This document shows, piece after piece, positions 15,001 through 27,963 of a stretch of DNA of 64,000 nt (positions within the stretch are counted from its first letter, which is position 1; the number at the start of each line of letters is the position of its first letter). The stretch comes from Squalus acanthias (Eukaryota): assembly GCA_030390025.1 (NCBI GenBank), contig JASTWF010000034.1, positions 2,728,001 through 2,792,000 of the forward strand. Reading direction: 5' to 3'. The translations under genes and the position numbers were made by a program. The notes under the pieces are model-generated. The model was not told where the DNA came from. It saw nothing but the letters and a program-made list of their open reading frames with translations, and ran no database searches.

Positions 15001-18000
15001 AATAAAGTTACATTAAATTGTTAATTTAGATATGATACCCTCTACACCGAGGAATAAGGTTACAGTTAAATGTTAATTTGACATGATGCCCTCTACACCG
15101 GGGAATAAAGTTACAGTGAATTGTGAATTTTGAAATGATTCCCTCTAAAGCGCGGAATAAAGTTACACTTAATTGCTAATTTGACATGATACACTCTACA
15201 CCGGGGAATGAAGTTACAGTTAATTGTTAATTTGACATAATACACTCTACATCTGGGAATGAAGTTACAGTTAATTGTTAATTTAGACATGATTCCCGGT
15301 ATTCCAGGGAATGAAGTTACAGTTAATTGTTAATTTGACATGATACCCTCTACACTGGGTATAAAGTTACAGTTAATTATTAATTTAGAAATGAATCCCT
15401 CTAAACCGGGGAATAAAGTTACACTTAAATTTTAATTTGACACGATGCCCTCTACAATGGGGTATAAAGTTTCAGTTAATTGTTAATTTCGACAGGATGC
15501 CCTCTACATTGGTGAATAAAATTACAGTTCATTTTTAATTTAGACATGATACCTTCTAAACTGGGGAACAAGTGAAAGTTAATTATTAATTTGTCATGAT
15601 AATCTCTACACTGGGGAATAAGGTTATAGTTGACTGTTAATTTGACATGATTCCCTCTAAACCGGAGTATAAAGTTACAGTAAATTGTTAATTTAGACAT
15701 GATTCCCGGTATTCCAGGGAATGAAGTTACAGTTAATTGTTAATTTGACATGATACCCTCTACACTGGGTATAAAGTTACAGTTAATTGTTAATTTAGAA
15801 ATGAATCCCTCTAAACCGGGGAATAAAGTTACACTTAAATTTTAATTTGACACGATGCCCTCTACAATGGGGTATAAAGTTTCAGTTAATTGTTAATTTC
15901 GACAGGATGCCCTCTACATTGGTGAATAAAATTACAGTTCATTTTTAATTTAGACATGATACCTTCTAAACTGGGGAACAAGTGAAAGTTAATTATTAAT
16001 TTGTCATGATAATCTCTACACTGGGGAATAAGGTTATAGTTGACTGTTAATTTGACATGATTCCCTCTAAACCGGAGTATAAAGTTACAGTAAATTGTTA
16101 ATTTAGACATGATACCCTTTACATCCTGTAATAAAGTTACAATCAGTTTTTAATTTGACATGATACTCCCTACATCGGGTAATAAAGTTACAGTAAATTG
16201 TTAACTGTGACATGATACCCTCTGCACCGGGGAATAAACTTACAGTTAATTGTTAATTTAGACATGAGTCACTCTGCACCAGGGAATAAAGTTACAGTTA
16301 ATTGTTTATTTAGACAGGATTCCCACGACACCGGGGAATAAAGTTATAGTTAATTGTAAATTTCGACATGATGCCATCTAGACTGGGGAATAAAGTTACA
16401 GTTAATTGTTAATTTAGACATGATACCTTCTACACAGTTGAATAAAGTTACAGTTAATTGTTAATTTAGACATAATTTCTTCTACATAGGGGAGTAACGT
16501 TAGAATTAATTGTTAAGTTGACATGATGCCCTCTACACCAGTGAATATAGTTACACTTAATATTTAATTTGAAATGATGCCCTCTAGACCGGGGAATAAA
16601 GTTACAGTTAATTGTTAAATTCGACATGATGCCATCTTGACTGGGGAATAAAGTTAAAGTTAATTGTTAATTGAGACATGATTCCCTGCACACCGGGGAA
16701 TAAAGTTACAGTGAATTGTTAATTCAGAAATAAATCCCTCTAAACCGGGGAATAAAGTTACACTTCATTGTTAATTTGACATGACGCCCTCTACACCGGG
16801 GTATACAGTTTCAGTAAATCGTTAATTTCGACAGGAGGCCTTCTACATTGCTGAATAAAATTACAGTTAATTTTTAATTTAGACATGATACCTTCTAAAT
16901 TGGGGAATAAAGTTAAAGTTAATTTTTAATTTATCAAGATGCCCTCTACACAGTGGAATATAGTTACGGTTAATTGCTAATTTTGACATGATACCCAGTA
17001 TACCGGGGAATAAAGTTACAGTTAATTGTTAATTTAGACATGATTCCCTGCACACCATAGAATAAAGTTACAGTCAATTGCTAATTTTGACATGATATCC
17101 CCTACAATTTTGAATAATGTTACAGTTAATTGTTAATTTTGCCATGATGCCCACTACACTGGGGAATAAATTTAAATTTAATTTTTAATTTGTCATGGTA
17201 ACCTCTACACTGGGAATAAAGTTACAGTTGATTGTTCATTTTACGTGATACCCTCTACACTGGGGAATAAAGTTACACTTGATTGTTAATTTTACATGAT
17301 ACCCTCTACACCGGGGACTAAAGTTACAGTTAATTGTAAATTTAGACATGATACCTTCTGTACAGGGGAATAAAGTTACAGTTAATTGTTAAATTCGACA
17401 TGATGCCATCTAGACTGGGGAATAAAGTTACAGTTAATTGTTAATTTAGACATAATTTCTTCTACATCGGGGAATAAAGTTACAGTTCATTGTTAAATTG
17501 ACATGATGCCCTCGACACCAGTGAATATAGTTACACTTAATATTTAATTTGAAATGATGCCCTCGACAACGGGGAATAAAGTTACAGTTAATTGTGCATT
17601 TGACATGATGCTCTCTACACCGGGGAATAAAGTTACACTTAATTGTTAAATTCGACATGATGCTATCTTGACTGTGGAATAAAGTTACAGTAAATTGTTA
17701 ATTTAGACATGATATATTCGACACAGTTGAATAAAGTTACAGTTAATTGTTAATTTAAACATGATTCCCTGCACACCGGGGAATAAAGTTTCAGTCAATT
17801 GCTAATTATGAAATGATACCCTCTGCACCAGGGAATAATTTTACAGTTAATTGTTAAATTCGACATAATGCCCTCCACACCAGTGAATATAGTTACACTT
17901 AATATCTAATTTGAAATGATGCCCTCGACAACGGGGAATAAAGTTACAGTTAATTGTTCATTTGACATGATACCATCTTGACTGGGGAATACAGTTACAG

Positions 18001-21000
18001 TTAATTGTTAATTTAGACATAATTTCTTCTACATCGGGGAGTAAAGTTACAGTTCATTGTTAAATTGACATGATGCCCTCTACACCAGTGAATACAGTTA
18101 CACTTAATATTTAATTTGAATTGATGCCCTCGACAACGGGTAATAAAGTTACAGTTAATTGTTCATTTGACATGATGCCCTCTACACCGGGGAATAAAGT
18201 TACACTTAATTGTTAAATTCGACATGATGCTCTCTTGACTGTGGAATAAACTTACAGTAAATTGTTAATTTAGACATGATATATTCGACACAGTTGAATA
18301 AAGTTACAGTTAATTGTTAATTATGACATGATACCCATGCACTAGGGAATAATTTTACAGTTAATTGTTAATTTTGACATGAAGCCGTCTACACCGGGTA
18401 ATACAGTACACGTCAATTTTTTATTTGACATGACCCCTCGGCACCGGGGAATAATTAATTATCAATTGTTAATTTAGACATGAAACCCTCTACAGCAGGG
18501 AGTAAATCTACAGTTAATTGTTAATTTGACATGATATCCTCTACACTGGGGAATAATGTTAAAGTTAATAGTTAATTTGACATTTTGCCTCTGCATTGGA
18601 GAATAAAGTTACAGTTAATTGTTAATTTGACATTATGCACTGTACATCGGCGAGTTTAGTTACAGTTAATTGTTAATTTAAACATGATGCCCTCTACACG
18701 GTGGAATAAAGTTACAGTTAATTGTTAATTTAGACACGATACCTTCTGCACAGGGGAATAAAGTTACCATTAATTGTTAATTTAGACATGATTCCCTGCA
18801 CAACGTAGAAAATGTTACAGTCAATTGCTAATTTTGACATGATTTCCTCAACACTTTGGAATAATGTTACAGTTAATTGTTAATTTTGCCATGATGTCCA
18901 CTACACTGGGGAATAAATTTAAATTTAATCTTTAATTTGTCATGAAAACCTCTACACTGGGAATAAAGTTACAGTTGATTGTTAATTTTACATATTAACC
19001 TCTACACCGGGGAATAAAGTTACAGTTGATTGTTAATTTTACATGATACCTTCTACACAGGGGAATAAAGTTACAGATAATTGTTAATTTAGATATGATT
19101 CCCTTCACACAATGGAATAAAGTTTCAGTCATTTGCTAATTTTGACATGATACCCTCTACACTGTGGAATAACGTTACAGTTAATTGTTAATTTTGAAAT
19201 GAAGCCCCCTACACCGGGGACTAAAGTTACAGTTACTTGTTAATTTGACATGATACACTCTACACCGGGGAATAAACTTACAGTTATTTGTTAAGTTTTC
19301 ATGAAAACCTATAAACTGTGGAATAAAGTTATAGTTGAATGTTAATTTTACATGATACCCTCTACACTGTGGAACAAAGTTAGAGATGATTGTTAATTTT
19401 ACATGATAACCTCTATACTGGGGAATAAAGTTACATTAAATTGTAAATTTAGATATGATACCCTCTACACCGAGGAATAAGATTACAGTTACATTTTAAT
19501 TTGACATGATGCCCTCTACACCGGGGAATAAAGTTACAGTGAATTGTTAATTTAGAAATTATTCCCTCTAAACCGGGGAATAAAGTTACACTTCATTGAA
19601 AATTTGACATGATGCCCTCTACACCGGGGTATAAAGTTTCAGTTAGTTGTTAATTTAGACAGGAGGCCCTCTACATTGGTGAATAAAATTACAGTTAATT
19701 TTTAATTTAGACATGCTACCTTCCAAACTGGGGAATAAAGTTAAAGTGAATTTTTAATTTGTCATGATGCCCTCTACACCGGGGAATATATTACAGATAA
19801 ATTGCTAATTTTGACATGATACCCTGTATACCGGGGAATAAAGTTACAGGAAATTGTTAATTTAGACATGATTCCCTGCACACCCTTTTTTAAAGTTACA
19901 GTCAATTGCTAATTTTGACGTGATATGCTCTACATTTTGGAATAATGTTACAGTTAATTGTTAATTTCGCCATGATGCCCACTACACTGGGGAATAAATT
20001 TAAATTTAATTTTTAATTTGTCATGATAACCTCTACACTGGGAATAAAGTTAAAGTTGGTTGTTAATTTTACATGATACCCTCTACACCGGCGAATAAAG
20101 TTACAGTTAATTGTCAATTTTACATGACACCCTCTACACCGGGGAATAAAGTTTCAGTTAATTGTTAATTTAGACATGATACCTTCTGCACAGTGGAATA
20201 AAGTTACAGTTAATTGTTAATTTAGACATGATTCCCGGCAAACCGGGGAATAAAGTTACAGTTAATTGTTAATTTAGACATTATTCCCTCCACACAATTG
20301 AATAAAGTTTCAGTCAATTTCTAATTTTGACATGAGACCCTCTACACTGTGGAATAATGTTACAGTTAATTGTTAATTTTGACATGAAGCCCTCTACACC
20401 GGGCACTACAGTTACAGTTACCTGTTAATTGGACATGATACCCTCTACACCGGGGAATAAAGTTAGAGTTAATTGTTAATTTTACATGATGCCCACTAAA
20501 CTGGGTTAAAAATTTAAATTTACTTTTTTAATTTTCATGAAAACCTCTACACTGTGGAATAAAGTAAAAGTTGATTGTTAATTTTACATGATAACCTCTA
20601 CACGGGGGAATAAAGTTACATTAAATTGTTAAATTAGATATGATACCCTCTTTAATACCGAGGAATAAGGTTACAGGTAAATGTTAATTTGACATGATGC
20701 CCTCTACACCGGGGATTAAAGTTACAGTGAATTGTTAATTTTGAAATGATTCCCTCTAAACCGGGGAATAAAGTTACACTTAATTGTTAATTTGACATTA
20801 TACACTCTACACCGGGGAATTAAGTTACAGCTAATTGTTAATTTGACATGATACACTCTATATTGGTCAATAAAATTACAGTTAATTTTTAATTTAGACT
20901 TGATACCTTCTAAACTGGGGAATAAACTGAAAGTTAATTTTTAATTTGTCATGATAACCTCTACACTGGGGAATAAAGATATAGTTGGCTGTTAATTTGA

Positions 21001-22678
21001 CATGATACCCTCTAAACCGGGGTATAACGTTACAGTTAATTGTTAATTTCGTCATGATACACTCTACATCGTGTAATAAAGTTACAGTAAATTGTTAACT
21101 GAGACATGATACCCTCTGGACCGGGGAATAAACTTACAGTTACTTGTTAATTTGACATGATTCACTATACACCAGGGAATAAAGTTACAGTTAATTGTTA
21201 AATTGACATAATGCCCTCTACACCAGTGAATATAGTTACACTTAATATTTAATTTGAAATGATACCCTCTACAACGGGGAATAAAGTTACAGTTAATTGT
21301 TAAATTCGACATGATGCCATCTTGACTGGGGAATAAAGTTAATGTTAATTGTTAATTTAGACATGATACCTTCTACACAGATGAATAAAGTTACAATTAA
21401 TTGTTAATTTAGAGATGACTCCCTGCACACCGGGGAATAGAGTTTCAGTCAATTGCTAATTATTACATGAAGCACTCTACAACGGGGAAAAAAGTAAAAG
21501 GCAATGTTTTATTTGACATGTTAACCTCGGCACCGGGGAATAAAGTAATTATCAATTGTTAATTTAGGCATGAACCCCTCTACAGCAGGAAGTAAATTTA
21601 GAGTTAATTGTTTTATTTGAAATGATATCCTCTACACTGGGGAATAATGTTCAAGTTAATTGTTAATTTGACATGATATCCTCTACACTGGGGAATAATG
21701 TTCAAGTTAATTGTTAATTTGACATGTTGCCTCTGCATTGGAGAATAAAGTTACAGTTAATTGTTAATTTGACATTATGCACTCTACATCGGGGAATAAA
21801 GTTGCAGAGAATTGTTAATTTATACATGATGCCCTCTACACTGGGGAATAAAGTTACAGTTAATTGCTAATTTAGACATGATACCTTCTACACAGGGGAA
21901 TAAAGTTACAGTTAATTGTTAATTTAGACAGGATTCCCTCAACACCGGGGAATATAGTTACAGTTAATTGTTGATTTAGAGGTGATACCCTCTACATCGG
22001 GGGAATAACGTTACAGTTAATTGTTAATTTAGACATAATTCCTTCTACATCGGGGAATAAAGTTGCAGTTAATTGTTAATTTGACATGATGCCCTCAACA
22101 CCAGTGAATATAGTTACACTTAACATTTAATTTGAAATGATGCCTCTACAACGGGGAATAAAGTTACAGTTAATTGTTAATTTAGACATGATGCCCTCTA
22201 CACCGGGGAATAAAGTTACAGTTAATTGTTAATTTAGACATGATGCCCTCTACACCGGGGAATAAAGTTACAGTTAATTGTTAATTTTGAAATGATACCC
22301 TGTACACCGGGGAATAAAATTATAGTTAATTGTTAATTTAAACATGATACCTTCTACAAAGGACACTAAAGTTACATTTAATTGTTTATTTAGACATGAT
22401 TCCCTCCACACCGGGGAATATAGTTACAGTTAATTGCTAATTTTGACATAATACCATCCACACCGGGTAATAAAGTTAGTTAATTGTTAATTTAGACATT
22501 ATACCCTGTACACCAGAGAATAAAGTTACAGTTAATTGTTGAATTGACATGATACCCTCTACACTGTGGAATATAGTTACAGTCATTTTTTTAACAGGAT
22601 AATCTCTACACCGGGTAATAAATTTACAGTTAATTGTTAATTTCGACATGATACATTCTACACCGGGGAATAAAGTTA
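1..22678. repeat. Tandem satellite array, ~51-52-bp monomer (consensus ~GAATAAAGTTACAGTTAATTGTTAATTT(A)GACATGATACCCTCTACACCGGG), open at the window's left edge
   Basis: Hundreds of diverged head-to-tail monomers read directly; interrupted only at 3586-4848. The 'KLTINCNFIPRCRG' ORFs are translations of the monomer. Confidence 0.98.
3586..4848 (+). mobile_element. Solo LTR (ERV- or Gypsy-type), 1263 bp, inserted in the satellite
   Basis: Begins TGTAGG and ends CCTACA (TG..CA, 6-bp terminal IR). 4-bp TSD ATAA at 3582-3585 and 4849-4852. AATAAA at 4693. The satellite resumes in register. Confidence 0.88.
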
Positions 22679-23453
22679 ATGGCCCAAAAATTAGTCTCAG
22701 TATGCGAGAGTACGCACTGTGTACTCTCGCGTATTCTGTCTCCAATTGCCGGTTTTCTGCATGCACTGATCATGCGCTGAAAACCGGCACTTCATGTTGG
22801 TTCACTTGCAGGTATCTCCGTGGAATCGCGTGGGCTGCAGATTCTGCGCGTGCGTCCTGAAATTTAATATTTTTCTGAATGAAAGTAGTGTGTGTAAGCT
22901 CCTAGCAGTTACACATGTAAAAAGCAGGAGTAAGAGACATTTTTGAAGATCCGGAGACAGCAGGAGGAATAAATCCTTTTGCAGTGGGGCTACTGAAGTG
23001 AGTTTTTTTAAATCTGAAAGCCACCAATGTTTATTTAATTAAGTCTTAGGTAAGTTTGCAATTTAAAAAAAAGTTAAAAACGTGTTTTGACCATTTGGAG
23101 TAGTATAGGAACTGTGGGTGTGTACAAGGCATATTTAGGTATCTATCATAAATGTGAAAATGAAAGTTTAAAAATGAACTATTTAAATTTCAAAAAGTTT
23201 TAAAGATGAAAATGAGTAAGTAAGTATGTATGTATGTATGTATGTATGCATTAATTTATGAAAATGTTACAGTTCTGGAAAATCAACTAGGGCCGTGTTG
23301 CGGGTAGATGTGTTCCCAATCCGATAGCGCACGTTTCCCACCATAGCCCGACCTGCTTTTATAGCCACTCACTTTACTAAAGTTACTTTAACAACTATTT
23401 CCATTTTTTCATTACAACTTTCTGTTTGAAGAAGAAGCCTGTGAGGGAGAAAG

Positions 23454-24602
23454 ATGCCCTTTCACAATCAATTCCTGTTCCTCTGTGGGATTGTGTATCA
23501 GAGAATTTTTGACGCCAGACAACAAATCAGATGGAGGAACCAAGCCCGTCTCCTCCTGAGAAGGAGAAACTACTACCCACCAAATAGAGTGTACAGGGAG
23601 AGGCTGTCATTTGAGATGCTGTCGGAGGAGCTGTGTGTGAGGAGGCTGCGCTTCAGTAAAGAGTCAATTGGCCGAATCTGTGACATGTTAAAGGAGGACC
23701 TTCAAACACGCTCGAAGAGCCGCACTGCATTATCAGTGAGCATGAAGGTAACCACAGAACTGAACTTCTTTGCAAGTGGGACTTTTCAGGCAAGCACCGG
23801 TGACATTTCCAACATTTCCAAGAATGCTGCGAGGGCCTGCATTCACCAGGTCACAGAAGCCATTTTCCGTAGGGCTTCTGAGTTCATTAACTATGACTTG
23901 TCCGCTCGCCATCAAAAGGAGATGGCGCTTGCATTTCATAACATTGCTGGATTCCCCAAAGTGATTGGGGTCTTCGATGGAACCCATGTAGCATTGAAGG
24001 CACCAGGGGTTGCACCTGTGACATTTATCAACAGGAAGGGGTTTCATTCATTGAATGTCCAGATTGTCTGTGATGCGCATCTCAGGATTTTAAATGTGAA
24101 TGCAAGTAACCGTGGAAGTAATCATGACTCCTTCGTCTTCCGTAACTCTAACTTATATGGCGACCTCAACGCATTGCCTCCAGGATCCGCATGGATATTG
24201 GGCGACAAGGGCTACCCGCTAAGACCATGGCTGATGACTCCCTACCGCAAGACCAATAATGAGGCTCAGGAGAGATACAACCAGGCACACGTGTCCACAC
24301 GGCAAGTGGTGGAGAGGACAATCGGAGTTCTGAAATCACGCTTCCGGTGCCTGGACAGGTCAGGGGTGACCTTGCAGTATTCTCCTCTGAAAGTGGCAAA
24401 GATTGTGGTGGTCTGTTGTGCTTTGCATAACTTTGGCCTGCGGGAAGGACTGACCCTTAACGCTGCAGATGAACTACCTGCAGAAATGGAGGACGTGGAC
24501 AATGCCAATGTGCCTGTGGGAAGGCATGATGGGGAAGAGCCAACTGCTGCTCAAAGTAAGGCTGTTCGGGAGCAGCTGGTAGCCAACACCTTCACGAGGT
24601 AG
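23454..24602 (+). CDS. Harbinger transposase (HARBI1-like, DDE_Tnp_4 type), 382 aa, uninterrupted
   Basis: Motifs [89 protein letters not shown]. Confidence 0.95.
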   Translation: MPFHNQFLFLCGIVYQRIFDARQQIRWRNQARLLLRRRNYYPPNRVYRERLSFEMLSEELCVRRLRFSKESIGRICDMLKEDLQTRSKSRTALSVSMKVTTELNFFASGTFQASTGDISNISKNAARACIHQVTEAIFRRASEFINYDLSARHQKEMALAFHNIAGFPKVIGVFDGTHVALKAPGVAPVTFINRKGFHSLNVQIVCDAHLRILNVNASNRGSNHDSFVFRNSNLYGDLNALPPGSAWILGDKGYPLRPWLMTPYRKTNNEAQERYNQAHVSTRQVVERTIGVLKSRFRCLDRSGVTLQYSPLKVAKIVVVCCALHNFGLREGLTLNAADELPAEMEDVDNANVPVGRHDGEEPTAAQSKAVREQLVANTFTR

Positions 24603-25154
24603 TGTCGCCTTGTACCTACCCCTCCCCCTCCCCCTCCCTCTCCCTCTCCCCCAACAAGGCAAATAAAGGTACAGACACAATTTAAAGTGAAACAGTGCTC
24701 TTTTATTGCAGCATTATAGACTTCTGAGGTTCAGTGTTGATGTACATAGTTTATAACTTTTCAATGTTAACTAGCTACTTTTCAACTTTGTAAACAATTT
24801 TTAAACAGAAATAGGTTATAAAAACATTTGTAAACAGTTCTGACTTACTTTTTTGCTTGGTTAATGCAATAAAGACATTCAAGATGGAAAATAACTCTTT
24901 CCTAAATGTAAAACAGTTTTAATGTTCAATTTTTTTGTGCAAATAAACAATTAGAATTTTTTTAAAGTGAATAGAGGCTGTACTTTTTCAATGAAAAGCT
25001 TACTTACAGTTTCAGTGTCAAATATATATTTAAATAAAAGAAAATGAAAACATGTAACTTTTAAATAAAACGAGAAATTAAACAATTGAAAAATTTACCC
25101 GCTCGAAACTATGCCTGAGGGTCAATGGATGTGTATTGTGGAAAATGCAACACC

Positions 25155-26013
25155 CTACTGTCTCCTGCGCTTTCCCGCTCCCCGTGACCGGTGCCCTGTG
25201 CTGCGACTTGAAACGGCCCTGCTTGCCGTCTCTTGCCCTTCAGCAATTACCTCCTGACAGGGTTGTTGCTGCTGCTGCTGCTGCAAGGCAAGGTTTGCTT
25301 GCATCATCACAGGCGGAGCAGCTGGCTCTTGGACCTGCACTGTTTCTGCGCTGGGAGCAGGTAAGGTTGGTTCTGAGGGAGTCACAGTAATGGCAGCAGA
25401 AATTATTTGCAAGAGTCCAGCAAGAGACTCATTCATTTTATGAAGCTCCATTCCCAAATCGGGTTTCTGCAAGAGTCCAACAAGAGACTCATTTATTTTC
25501 TTAAGCTCCATTCCCAAATCGGGTTTCTGCAAGAGTCCAACAAGAGACTCATTTATTTTCTTAAGCTCCATTCCCAGATTTTGACCAATGATAGACTCTT
25601 TCATTTTATTAAATGACATGCACAGACATTCCACTCCCTGCTTGCCCGAGTCAAGACACTCAACTTCTTTCTCTGTAAGAGAATATATCGATTGCCTCAA
25701 CCCTTCAAGATGGTGGATGTGACCCTGTAACTCCTGTTCTGTTGCATGTATATCTGTTTCTCCCACATGCACTGCAGTATCAAGCTGCTGTCTGTCTGGC
25801 GCAGAGCCAGAGGGGCCAGGAGATGGAGAGGACTTCTCCAGCAACCCGTTTCCAGAACCTCCAATTCCATTTCAGCAACAATTTCCTCTTGCTGCTCCTC
25901 CACCACCCACTCACTCGCATCTCCCACTGGCTCAAAAAGCCCTTCACCAATGACCTCTTCGGCTGCAGACTCAACGCACTGCTCATCCCGTGACTGAGAA
26001 GTCTGCTGCAAAC
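25155..26013 (-). CDS. Harbinger Myb/SANT protein, exon 3 (acidic, low-complexity), with an apparent frameshift near 25845
   Basis: TTTCCTTTACATAG acceptor in phase with ORF 25697-26011. The long C-terminal part continues in another frame (ORF 25155-25844) and ends in basic GKRRRQ. Confidence 0.7.
25409..25577 (-). repeat. 60-bp in-frame tandem repeat, ~3 copies, within the Myb gene
   Basis: Encodes LGMELKKINESLVGLLQKPD repeats; two copies are essentially identical. Confidence 0.9.
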
Positions 26014-26095
26014 CTATGTAAAGGAAACAGTAAAGATTAGCAAAGGTAAAGCATGATGTGCCACATCACAGAAGCTGATATTCAGCACACATCAC

Positions 26096-26243
26096 CTCTG
26101 TCGATTTGTTCAGTTTCAATGGGATATGCGCGAAGATATCCAAACATATGCTCGAGCCTTTCCTCATGTTCGGTTAAAGCCCTTAACGTGACAACACCAC
26201 CGCCTGTCAGTGCACGTTCTCTGGCGTTGTGAGCAGTTTTAGT
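26096..26243 (-). CDS. Harbinger Myb/SANT protein, exon 2 (not in the ORF track)
   Basis: TTTTAG acceptor, then in-frame TKTAHNARERALTGGGVVTLRALTEHEER.. with the characteristic K.AHN.RE..TGGG motif; GT donor at 26095 (phase 1). Confidence 0.82.
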
Positions 26244-26488
26244 CTAAAATTGAAACAGAAAATCTTAAATGTAAGGGTTTTTATACCAAAACTGCATTGG
26301 CACTCACACAGTTAACTCAGTAAACAACTCAAAGCAGTGGAATCCAGATAACATTAGCATTTTATTACACTTGCCTGGCTACAAAAGCCATAAAAATTTA
26401 TGATGTGGAGATGCCGGCGTTGGACTGGGGTGGACAAAAATGAGAAGTCGCACAACACCAGTTTATAGTCCAACAGATTTATTTAATT

Positions 26489-26527
26489 TTACAAGCTTTC
26501 AGAACAGTTTGCTCCTTCGTCAGGTAA
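26489..26527 (-). ncRNA. Minimal hammerhead ribozyme motif (second pLTR copy)
   Basis: Reverse complement reads UUAC-CUGACGA-A-GGAGC(aaacu)GUUCU-GAAA-GCUU-GUAA. Confidence 0.78.
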
Positions 26528-26747
26528 GTTAGCAGTGAGAGAATCTCCCAGAATTCACAATTTAAACACAGACAAAATATATTCAAATCTTTCCTACATC
26601 AAAGAGCACAGCCAAGACAATGAGATGTGTCCCAGGGGGTCCAACGTGTCAAACCACCTGCTGGCTGCATATCCTGTCAATCTGTGTAGGTTCTTGTGTT
26701 AGTCTTTAAAAAAAAAAACACCTGGGAAGACCGGCCATGATGTCAAG

Positions 26748-27488
26748 TCACGTTCTGTATCGTGACATGAACCCGATATCGCGATTGAAGCCATCCTCAT
26801 GAGTGCGGAACTTGGCTATCAGTTTCTGCTCTATGATTTTGCGCTGTCGTGTATCTCGAAGGCCGCCTTGGAGAACGCTTACCCGCATATCCGAGGCTGA
26901 ATGCCCCTGGCTGCTGAAGTGTTCCCCGACTGGGAGGCAACCCTCCTGCCTGGCGATTGTTGCGCGGTGTCCGTTCATACGTTGTCTCAGTGTCTGCATG
27001 GTCTCGCCGATGTACCATGCTCTGGAGCATCCTTTACTGCAACGTATCAGGTAGACAACGTTGGCCGAGTCACATGAGTATGTACCGTGTACCTGGTGGG
27101 TAGTGTCCTTACGTGTGATGATGGTATCTGTGTCCATGATTTGGCATGTCTTGCAGAGGTTGCCGTGGCAGGGTTGTGTGGTGACTTGGTTGCTGTTCTC
27201 CTGAAAGATGGGTAATCTGCTGCGAACGATGGTACTTTTGAGGTTAGGCGGCTGCTTGAAGGCGAGTAGTGGAGGCGTGGGGATGGCCTTAGCAAGGTGT
27301 TCGTCGTCATCGATGACATGTTGAAGGCTGCGAAGAACATGGCGTAGTTTTTCCGCTCCGGGGAAGTACTGGACGACGTAGGGTACTCTGTTAGTTGTGT
27401 CCCGTGTTCGTCTTCTGAGGAGGTCTATGCGGTTTTTCGCCGTGGCCCGTCGGAACTGTCGATCGACGAGTCGAGCGTCATATCCCGC
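26748..27488 (-). CDS. Penelope ORF C-terminus: thumb/linker, Cys-rich motif and GIY-YIG endonuclease (truncated, no RT core)
   Basis: PPLLAFKQPPNLKSTIVRS, PC...CKTC, SCDSANVVYLIRC..C..WYIGET...LRQRMNGH, VGEHF, E...I.KFRT..DGFN. The ORF-track N-terminus (27489-27551) derives from the inverted copy. Confidence 0.9.
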   Translation of the reverse strand, partial: AGYDARLVDRQFRRATAKNRIDLLRRRTRDTTNRVPYVVQYFPGAEKLRHVLRSLQHVIDDDEHLAKAIPTPPLLAFKQPPNLKSTIVRSRLPIFQENSNQVTTQPCHGNLCKTCQIMDTDTIITRKDTTHQVHGTYSCDSANVVYLIRCSKGCSRAWYIGETMQTLRQRMNGHRATIARQEGCLPVGEHFSSQGHSASDMRVSVLQGGLRDTRQRKIIEQKLIAKFRTHEDGFNRDIGFMSRYRT

Positions 27489-27924
27489 GCAACAATCGCC
27501 AGGCAGGAGGGTTGCCTCCCAGTCGGGGAACACTTCAGCAGCCAGGGGCATTCAGCCTCGGATATGCGGGTAAGCGTTCTCCAAGGCGGCCTTCGAGATA
27601 CACGACAGCGCAAAATCATAGAGCAGAAACTGATAGCCAAGTTCCGCACTCATGAGGATGGCCTCAATCGCGATATCGGGTTCATGTCACGATACAGAAC
27701 GTGACTTGACATCATGGCCGGTCTTCCCAGGTGTTTTTTTTTAAAAAGACTAACACAAGAACCTACACAGATTGACAGGATATGCAGCCAGCAGGTGGTT
27801 TGACACGTTGGACCCCCTGGGACACATCTCATTGTCCTGGCTGTGCTCTTTGATGTAGGAAAGATTTGAATATATTTTGTCTGTGTTTAAATTGTGAATT
27901 CTGGGAGATTCTCTCACTGCTAAC

Positions 27925-27963
27925 TTACCTGACGAAGGAGCGAACTGTTCCGAAAGCTTGTAA
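27925..27963 (+). ncRNA. Minimal type I hammerhead ribozyme motif (Penelope pLTR)
   Basis: UUAC-CUGACGA-A-GGAGC(gaacu)GUUCC-GAAA-GCUU-GUAA: stem I UUAC/GUAA, conserved core, loopless palindromic stem III (AGCU). Confidence 0.8.

Noticed and set aside
1..22678. CRISPR-like regular repeats and many Cys-rich ORFs
   Set aside because: No unique spacers or cas genes; whole monomers repeat; the context is eukaryotic; the ORFs are chance translations of a ~51-bp unit.
23454..24602. Domesticated host gene HARBI1
   Set aside because: It is flanked by TIRs and paired with a Myb gene, so it is a transposon copy; no symbol assigned.
26748..27551. Standalone 267-aa GIY-YIG homing or repair nuclease gene
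   Set aside because: The N-terminus comes from the inverted arm; this is a truncated Penelope ORF.
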